DNA of 60,302 bases, filler included, from Rhizaria sp. SCN 62-66 (lineage: Eukaryota), in the NCBI GenBank assembly GCA_001724265.1. It is 5 parts of 5 records of this genome, joined end to end, with 100 filler letters (N's around TTAATTAATTAA, not from the genome) between each part and the next. Parts side by side here need not be neighbours in the genome. Positions count along the whole stretch, not along the records: positions 51,339 to 60,302 come from MEDY01000669.1; 4 more parts are not named here. One strand, written 5' to 3'. Every line of letters starts with the position of its first letter. The stretch's first letter is position 1. Shown in pieces: positions 54,301-60,302 of the stretch. The notes beneath the pieces are model-generated. The model saw only the letters and a program-made list of their open reading frames with translations. It was not told the DNA's origin and did not search any database. The translations under genes were made by a program, and so were the position numbers.

Positions 54301-57300
54301 CGCAGCCGCTGACCCCCACTGCCGGGGGCCACCACGGCGCCGCCATGTCCCCGGCCAACATCGCCACGGCCTACGGCACCACCACTGCCAGCGCGGCGTC
54401 CTTCACCTTCGGCTCCACCGTCGCGGCCTCCGCGGGCGGCAGCGGCAGCAGCGGCACGCCGTCCGCCGCCGCGGCTGCTGCGGCTTCGGTGGGCGGCGCC
54501 AACAGCGGGCTCACGCGCCGCCACCGCGCGCCCACCGTCACCGGCAACAACAGTGGCTACGCGGGCGCCAGTGCAGTCGGCGGCGGCTACGGCAGCATCA
54601 CTGCGCCGACGACGACGGCTACGGGCCCGCTGCTGCCGCCGTTCATCACGGCGGCGACGCTGGCACCCGCCACGAGCTGGGACGGCGTCCCGCCTGCGTC
54701 TCTCGCGCCGACTCTGGCGCACGCGGCGACGGTCGACGTCTACCTGCCCAAGCTGCACGAGCTGGCCATGCGCTTTTACCTGACTTCGCGCGGCGTCGCG
54801 GCCACAGGTTCTGAGTCGCTTGCCGCCGCTGCAGTCGCACTGCGCTCGCCCACCACGCCCGGCGCCGCGCCCAACGCCAACAAGACTGTGGGCACGGCTG
54901 CCGCGCTGGCCGCTATCAGCGCCGTCGGCGTCAAGGGACTCGCGCAGAGCACCGCTGCGGCTGCCGCCGCCGCCGCCGCCGCGGCCGCGACCGTAGCCTC
55001 GGCCTCGGGGCTCACCCCCAGCAGCGCCAACTCCGGCTCCGCGGGCTCCGGCAGCAGCGGCGGCAGCAGCGGCGCCGGCACCGCCGGCTCCGGTTCCTCC
55101 GGCTCCGCCGGCTCCGGCAGCGGCGGCGCCGGCGGCGTCAGCCGCGCGTCGGGCGGCGCGAGTTACGGCGCGGCGCCGACCCCGCTGAACCTGTACGGCT
55201 ACTCGGGCGGCTCGCAGGACGTCGGCGTTGCGCGCGCCGCGCTGCCCACGCCGACCAGCGGCACCTGGGCCTGGTCCTCGGCCGCGCCGCGCGCGCTCGC
55301 CGCCGCGGCCACGCTCACCTCGGTCGAGTCCGCCACGATGCCGTCGTCTGCGGCGGCGAACGGCGCCAGCTCGAGCGCCGTCACGGGGGTTCCTCCGGCG
55401 CCCGTGCCCTCGGTCGTCGTTGCGAACACCACCACCACCACTAACAACAACAGCAACAACAACAACAGCAACAGCACGGCCACTGCGGGTGCCAACGTGA
55501 ACACTTCCGCTAACGCCAGTAATAACACTAACAATTCGGCGAACAGCGGCGTCAAGGGCCGCGTGCACGCGTACGTCCGCGCTGTCTCCACGTCTCTGCC
55601 CGTCACAACTCCCAACAACGCCGGTGCAGCGAACTCCGGTCAGCTCAACGTCCCTGCCAGTAGCGGCACGGTGACGCTGGGCGCGCCCGCCCCCGCGCCC
55701 GGCATCGGCGGCCACTCGGCCCCCGCGCCGCTGCTGCTTCCTGTCTCGCCCCGCAGCTCCCCACCTGGCACACTTACCCCGGCGCCCGTGCTGGTGCCCG
55801 CGCCGACCGCGCTGGCGGCCGCTCCGCCGACGCCGTGGTGCTCGCTGTCGCACTCGCCCAGCTACTACAACCGCTTCCCGGCCGTGATGCCCTCCGCGCC
55901 CTGGGCGCCGGTGCCGCCGCTGGTCGCGGGCCACCTCTTCTTGGCGACCTCCGACCCGCTGGCGCCGCACACGAGCGCCATGTCGCCGTCGGTTGTGCTG
56001 GCACTGGCGGCACGGTCTCCGCTGAGCGCGTACGGCATGGCCGCCGCACAGGGCAAGGTGCCCATCTTCGGGCCCGGCGCTGCGGGGCTTGCCGTCGCCG
56101 CAATCGGCCTCTCCGGAAGCACTGCGGAGCAACAACAGCAACAGCAGCAGCAGCAGCAGCAGCCGCGGTACTTCACGAACAACAGCCTCAACGGCACGCT
56201 CAGTGGCGCGGGGTCGAGCTCCACCACGGGCGCACTGGTCAACAGCGCGCTGCCGTGGCTCGTCCGCGGCTTCCCCATCCCGGTTCTGGGCGCGACCATC
56301 ACGCGGTCCTTCCCGGCCGTGCGGCGCATCGCCGTTGCCGACACCGAGGCGCTGCTGCCGCCGGTGCTCGAGGCCGGCGCGCTACGCGACACGCTCGACG
56401 CGATCAACCACGGCGAGCTCACGATCCTGCTGTCGGCGATCCTGTGCGAGTCGCGCATTGCAGTCGTGTCGCACTCGTCCGCGCGCGTGCGCTCCGTCAT
56501 CCGCACGCTGCTGGCGCTCATCTACCCGTTCAAGTGGCAGCACATGGTGGTGATGGACCTGCCGCGGCACGCCGGCGAGTTGCTCTCGCAGCGGCGCCCG
56601 TTCATCATCGGCGTCAACACGCTCGTGCTGGATAACATTGTCGCGCAGCAGCACCTCGCGCACCGCCCCGTGGGCTACCCGCTCGACCCGCTGGCCTACG
56701 TGCCGCCGGACTCAGGGCTGCGCCAGACTATTGTGCCGGGCGCCGGCTGCGTCGGCCGCGTCTTCGCGCCGCCCGGCCGCAGCGCAGGCTCTGCCCCGCT
56801 CGCCAGCGACGGCTCGCTCAAGGCGCCCGGCAACACGGTGTCCTCCGCGGCCGTGGCGGCGGCGGCGGCGACTGCTGCGGCCGCCGCTGCCGCTGCGTCG
56901 GCGTCGGCGGCCTCCGCTGCTGCCGCGGCCGGCGCTGCCGGCAACATCGGCAACAACGGCGCTGGCGGTGCTTCGGCCTCGTCCGTCGCCGCTGCCGCCG
57001 CCGCCGCCGCCTCCGCCGCTGCGGCCGCGACGGCTGCTTCGGTGGTCGGCGTGTCTGGCTTCCAAGTTTCTGTCGTCGGCGATGCCGCCACGGCCGCGGG
57101 TGCCAACGGCTTCGGCGTTCCTGCGACGGCCGCGATCGCCGCCGCCGCGACGGCGACCGCCGCCGCACACGCTGCCGCCTACGCGGCCAACAGCAACCCC
57201 AACCAGCAGCAGCAGCAGTGCGCGGCCTCCGCCTCCGCCGCGGCCGCCGCGCTGGCCGCCGCGGCCAACGCTGGCGTCGACCTCTCGCCGCCCACAGGCC

Positions 57301-59960
57301 CGGCGCCTGCCCCGCCCGCGGCGCTGGTGCCGCGCGTCACGCCCATCACGGCGTGCCCCACCGCGACCGCGGGCTCTGGCGCCTCGTCGCGCGCCGCCGG
57401 GGCCGCGCCGGGTGTCGCGGGCGTCGGCGTCAACGCCGTGGGCGGCGCGAGCGGTCAGTCCTCGTCGCCGCGAGGTGTACGCATCCCGTACCGCAAGGCC
57501 AACGTGGACCACCTGCGCGGGCCCGTGGCCACGACGTACGCCAACAACGGCGACGGATACGGCTATGGCGGCAGCAGCAGTGGTAACAGCAGCGGCAACA
57601 ACTACAACAACGCGTATAACTACTACAACAACCAGGCGTCCACGCCGGCCAACAACAGCAGCAGCGGTAGCAGCAGCCGCAACAAGAACAACGATTCGGC
57701 CGCCGACTCAAAGCCCATCCTTAACTCCGTCTTCGGCGGGTTGTTCAAGCAGTCCCGCGCGGGCGGCCGCCGCGCCACGCGCTCGGGCGCCGCGGGTACC
57801 ACCGAGGCGCAGTACTACGGCTCCGAGGCCGCGCCGCTCTCCGGCCTGCCCGCCGACGTCGTAGTCGTCGACCTGGACACGCACTCGGTGCGCTTCGCGA
57901 CGGGCACGTTCGTGGCAATGCCCGACGCCGTGCGCGCCAAAATCCACCGCGCGTGCAAGGCCTTCGCATCTTCGCTGTTGCAGACGCGCATGCGCCGCAC
58001 CAGCCCCGGCGCCGCCGCGGGTTCTTCCGCCGCCGCCGCCGCCGCTGCCGCCGCAGTGTCGCCGCCGTTCGTGCCACTGACCGCGCAGAGCGCCGCCACC
58101 GGGCTCGGCAACAGCGCCAACACGCTCAACAGCTACAACAGCGCGGCGTCGTCGGCGACGCTGACCTCCGCGGCCGCCGCGATCGCCGGACTCGCCGCTA
58201 ACCCCGGCGCTGCGGGCGGCGCGGCGCCCTTCGCGTCCTCGTCTTCCGCCGCCGCCGCGGTCGCCGCGACCGCCGCCGCTGCCGCTGCCGCTGCTGCCGC
58301 GGCGTCCGCGAGTCCCGTCCCGTCGCCGTCTTACACCGCAAACACAACTGGCAGCGGCAGCAGCGGCTCCGGGGTCACGCTCCTGCGCGGCATTGGCACA
58401 CCCGCCCCGGCCGCCGCGCTCGCGCACACGCCTGCGCCCGCTGGCATCGCCGCGGTGCTGCCGCCCAACTGCCCGCTGAATCCGGCGGTCCAGGCGCTGG
58501 CTCCGCTGGCGACGCCCGCGCTGCTGGCGCCGGTCACCACGCCCGCAGACCCCAGTGCGCCCGCCGCGGTGGCCGTGACGGGCTTCCGCAACTGCGTGTT
58601 GGACGCGATGTTGACGCTCTTTGCGTCGTACGCGCTCTTCTGGGAGAAGTCGCAGTCGGGCAGCGCGATCGCGCCCCCATGCGTGGACCCCACCTCGGTC
58701 TGCGTCTTCACGCCCGTGGCGCGCGCGGCTGGCGACGGCGAGAACGCGTCCATCGCGCGCAACGGCGCCGGCGCGCGCAACGCCGCCAACGGCACTCTGG
58801 GCGGCAACCCGTACTACTACAACACCAACACCAACCACGCGACGATGAGCCCCAACACAGGCAGCGGCGGTAGCGCGGCCTCGGTCTCCGCGGCCGCTGC
58901 GGCGGCCAGCCGCGCCAGCTTCGGCTCGGGCTTCAGCTTCTTCTCTGACCCCACGACGGACAACGCGCCCGTGTCGCTGCACTCGGACTCGGACTGGGCG
59001 CTGCTGGTCGACTACGACGTCACGGGGCTCATCGAGCACACCGTGGCGCCGTCCCGCGCCTTCGTCGGTGCCGTTGCGCGCACGGCGTTGTTCCGCCACT
59101 TCATCTCGGTGCGCCACCGCCTCCGCGGGCTGCCCGTCTGCATGTACTTGTTCGACCAGTGGGCTGCGCTCCGCGTGCACTCGCGCTGGACGCAGCGTAT
59201 CGCGCCGCGCCGCGCGCAACCGCTCGCCGCGCCGCTGCTCTTCGCGCGGCAGGGCGGCCGTTATCACAAGCGATACTGTGAGCTCAAGGACGGGAGCGTG
59301 ATTGTGCACCACAACCCTGCGCCGGTGTCTGCACTGGCGCCAAAGCACGACCGCGTGCTGATCCCGGCCGTGTGCCGCGTGTCGTGCCTCGCGGTGCCCG
59401 GCGTGGCGGCTGCGAGCAGCGGGTTGTTCCCGTTCACGCTGTCGGCCGTGGTGACGCCTGAGCTGCTCATGCTGCTCGCGCGCGCGCAGGCCGGCGTTCT
59501 GCTCCAGCTCCGTATCGGCGTCGCCGCCAGCGGGTTCCGTTCCCTGGCCGGCAACAGCAACGCCGCTAACGGCTATGGCGCCATTTCGATGAGCGCCGCG
59601 GGCGGCGCTGCGGGCGGGCCCGCGGGCACGCACGGCCACCAGTTCGGTGCGGGCAACCAGGAGTCGGACGAGCTGGCCGCCGCGACGGCCGCTGTGGGCG
59701 GCCTGGACGTGCGCATTGTGGCCTCGACGACGCTGGTCAACCGCGCAGCGTGGCCGGCGCCGCTGCTGGCTACCGCGGCCGTGGGCGGCGCGGGTGCGTG
59801 GCCGCTGACGATCCCGCAGCTCGTGGCTGGCGTGCACGCATGGTCGCGCGGTCTCATGTTCAAGGCCGAATCTGCCGCAGTGCGGACCATGTGGGTCGAG
59901 GGGCTCGAGGCGCAACTCATGCACCCCGACCTCATCACGCGCTACAGGCGCTTCATGTAA
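51339..59960 (+). CDS. DENN-domain (Rab GEF family) protein with a C-terminal PH domain, heavily expanded by low-complexity inserts, 5' truncated
   Basis: cDENN core LLSAILCESRIAVVSHS...LLALIYPFKWQHMVVMDLP...PFIIGV (about 56350-56640) and DVVVVDLD (about 57855). dDENN-like FRNCVLDAMLTLFASYALF and AFVGAVARTALFRHFI...LFDQW. PH-like YHKRYCELKDGSVIVH...LMFKAESAAVRTMWVEGLEAQL. TAA stop. Confidence 0.88.
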   Translation, partial: GGAATATASAAAAGAAAAAAAPATASALPGGSGSGGAASGGGTPSVHGDPYVASRAAALGSRVVFALAEIERRVATAVGKASEFALADAARVNREVFRRMVTAMARLRHVVQGPATAQALAGLPGSGSTGGSCGAASCPTCTRALLTPSCTSAGINVTNSNSSSSGGNGSGNSAGSELTPPSAAAAAIAAATTTVVGNTGLVMCSSDDAVQSCFSLPTGFTTVAHACPTPDTCACPSALLTRCPPHATVSLYAQPPSIATTEAICGGGPLELPTYTPALAAAAGFAVGGGLQAGSAGTAAAAATAAAAGAGAIGHYGPTLFAPAPVPATPVPSGALTAGSGSGLLLQPTLPPPQTYPCAALAAAAAAASALALRCGSHGGSGGAFGFGFSHSPPQPHTHVLLTPPPAAPLLLSSGPAAAAADDVAVGSTGSSSRSRRGSLATNAAAAAATAAKDGNANLANTGGPGALASQSFTAGTSLSSLVDPTAAAAAAAAAAAAAASAGPPRSVYCGAPLAHSLFAGLGLPPSAFAYPPEAVADRVFGTVAEPVIRGDVRRHDPYAHLSVHVITVGNVLTIYLPKHRRRVSRVLSGRNAVVDFTRRPPTVSPAPELVRQMLLEVMAPLPTSAHVPTASAAYVDGRRRAAAAATAAAAAVKAGGVAAAAAIAAVSGPGGAAAGSAAMGAGGAGGASKSTLASLFDPPTTPLAATTGAGSRPGSASKDGAGASGGSNRTPPGTLQQSALGGGAVVNGGSAGAAGGANSGGSVGSGSGSNDVGGAHALGNGSMLTTAAGLVNSNNGTGASLSDSTVTNAPGSSAAGNANGNAGAGANSSATMGDGNSGTGNTDVQKLGRIAFASISAPSSQRFPFTGVGHSVFDDIYTSEPIVAREHYRPPVPVSTPVSVSLHNSATHGSGNAASAGCISTAADDALAAAAGAAVAGSAAVVSVTSVSIPVGFLPAPNLAALVRAPIAVAPHLSPAAGLGGAGQQQPQPLTPTAGGHHGAAMSPANIATAYGTTTASAASFTFGSTVAASAGGSGSSGTPSAAAAAAASVGGANSGLTRRHRAPTVTGNNSGYAGASAVGGGYGSITAPTTTATGPLLPPFITAATLAPATSWDGVPPASLAPTLAHAATVDVYLPKLHELAMRFYLTSRGVAATGSESLAAAAVALRSPTTPGAAPNANKTVGTAAALAAISAVGVKGLAQSTAAAAAAAAAAAATVASASGLTPSSANSGSAGSGSSGGSSGAGTAGSGSSGSAGSGSGGAGGVSRASGGASYGAAPTPLNLYGYSGGSQDVGVARAALPTPTSGTWAWSSAAPRALAAAATLTSVESATMPSSAAANGASSSAVTGVPPAPVPSVVVANTTTTTNNNSNNNNSNSTATAGANVNTSANASNNTNNSANSGVKGRVHAYVRAVSTSLPVTTPNNAGAANSGQLNVPASSGTVTLGAPAPAPGIGGHSAPAPLLLPVSPRSSPPGTLTPAPVLVPAPTALAAAPPTPWCSLSHSPSYYNRFPAVMPSAPWAPVPPLVAGHLFLATSDPLAPHTSAMSPSVVLALAARSPLSAYGMAAAQGKVPIFGPGAAGLAVAAIGLSGSTAEQQQQQQQQQQQPRYFTNNSLNGTLSGAGSSSTTGALVNSALPWLVRGFPIPVLGATITRSFPAVRRIAVADTEALLPPVLEAGALRDTLDAINHGELTILLSAILCESRIAVVSHSSARVRSVIRTLLALIYPFKWQHMVVMDLPRHAGELLSQRRPFIIGVNTLVLDNIVAQQHLAHRPVGYPLDPLAYVPPDSGLRQTIVPGAGCVGRVFAPPGRSAGSAPLASDGSLKAPGNTVSSAAVAAAAATAAAAAAAASASAASAAAAAGAAGNIGNNGAGGASASSVAAAAAAAASAAAAATAASVVGVSGFQVSVVGDAATAAGANGFGVPATAAIAAAATATAAAHAAAYAANSNPNQQQQQCAASASAAAAALAAAANAGVDLSPPTGPAPAPPAALVPRVTPITACPTATAGSGASSRAAGAAPGVAGVGVNAVGGASGQSSSPRGVRIPYRKANVDHLRGPVATTYANNGDGYGYGGSSSGNSSGNNYNNAYNYYNNQASTPANNSSSGSSSRNKNNDSAADSKPILNSVFGGLFKQSRAGGRRATRSGAAGTTEAQYYGSEAAPLSGLPADVVVVDLDTHSVRFATGTFVAMPDAVRAKIHRACKAFASSLLQTRMRRTSPGAAAGSSAAAAAAAAAVSPPFVPLTAQSAATGLGNSANTLNSYNSAASSATLTSAAAAIAGLAANPGAAGGAAPFASSSSAAAAVAATAAAAAAAAAAASASPVPSPSYTANTTGSGSSGSGVTLLRGIGTPAPAAALAHTPAPAGIAAVLPPNCPLNPAVQALAPLATPALLAPVTTPADPSAPAAVAVTGFRNCVLDAMLTLFASYALFWEKSQSGSAIAPPCVDPTSVCVFTPVARAAGDGENASIARNGAGARNAANGTLGGNPYYYNTNTNHATMSPNTGSGGSAASVSAAAAAASRASFGSGFSFFSDPTTDNAPVSLHSDSDWALLVDYDVTGLIEHTVAPSRAFVGAVARTALFRHFISVRHRLRGLPVCMYLFDQWAALRVHSRWTQRIAPRRAQPLAAPLLFARQGGRYHKRYCELKDGSVIVHHNPAPVSALAPKHDRVLIPAVCRVSCLAVPGVAAASSGLFPFTLSAVVTPELLMLLARAQAGVLLQLRIGVAASGFRSLAGNSNAANGYGAISMSAAGGAAGGPAGTHGHQFGAGNQESDELAAATAAVGGLDVRIVASTTLVNRAAWPAPLLATAAVGGAGAWPLTIPQLVAGVHAWSRGLMFKAESAAVRTMWVEGLEAQLMHPDLITRYRRFM

Positions 59961-60207
59961 GCGCAAATAAGTGCGAAATGTGCGGTCGATGTGTTTATGT
60001 ATCTTGTTTCGTTTAATAGTTGAGGATTAACAGTGAAGTTGTATATGCACACATGTACGATGTGCTATACTATGTTTGTTTAGAAATGTGTCACCACCAG
60101 TTAAGAACGCAATGATAAGTCAATAGTCTGTGCTGTGTACGATTCTTTAACAAACCAAAGTCAGACTAATAAATAATGTTTCTTTTCTCAAGAAGGTCGA
60201 ATGAAAT

Positions 60208-60245
60208 ACCCCTGATGTAGAGGTTTATGAAAAACGCAAAAACGC
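60208..60245 (+). repeat. Short dispersed repeat near the window end (copy 2; related to 30107-30144)
   Basis: ACCCCTGATGTAG...AAAAACGCAAAAACGC; same orientation and similar distance from the contig end as copy 1. Confidence 0.5.
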
Positions 60246-60302
60246 GCCTGGAAGGGGCGGTTTTAAATATCCATACAACTTTGCCAAACATCCGTTAAAT
60301 GA

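Noticed and set aside
582-59960. Apparent endomembrane gene cluster (spatacsin, GRIP golgin, TLDc, DENN, carboxypeptidase, LCB1)
   Set aside because: The genes lie on five unlinked contigs; co-occurrence probably reflects long genes making long contigs.
564-59966. Hundreds of long overlapping or antisense ORFs (e.g. 564-1916 -, 30251-32884 -, 35628-38159 +, 57708-59966 -)
   Set aside because: Shadow ORFs expected from GC-rich, stop-poor codon usage; they show no recognisable motifs and have Arg/Ala/Gly-biased translations.
1-60302. CRISPR arrays, tRNA/rRNA genes, transposase or viral genes
   Set aside because: None recognised. The tandem repeats present are coding tri- and hexanucleotide tracts (poly-Ala, -Asp, -Gln, -Asn, Ala-Ser, Gly-Ser).

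Overview
Eukaryotic (protist-like) nuclear DNA: GC-rich coding regions, AT-rich intergenic DNA and GT-AG introns. It is not one locus but five contigs (18,837; 11,265; 10,514; 10,322; 8,964 bp, in descending order) joined by artificial N44-TTAATTAATTAA-N44 linkers. Contig 1: a spliced S10 serine carboxypeptidase and, convergently, a giant (>=5,398 codons) Ala-rich spatacsin/SPG11-like gene. Contig 2: a giant GRIP-domain golgin (5' truncated). Contig 3: an Ala-rich hypothetical protein and a TLDc-domain protein (both 5' truncated). Contig 4: the 3' end of RPS13, a degenerate CBS-repeat-like protein, serine palmitoyltransferase LCB1 and a 3'-truncated coiled-coil protein. Contig 5: a DENN+PH protein (5' truncated). 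The most interesting signal is a single in-frame TAG (4614-4616, minus strand) inside the spatacsin-like reading frame, with spatacsin-like sequence on both sides, while the nine genuine gene ends use TAA (8) or TGA (1) and never TAG. This is a candidate for UAG recoding or readthrough, though a base error or nonsense allele is not excluded. All family calls come from motif recognition by eye and need HMM confirmation.
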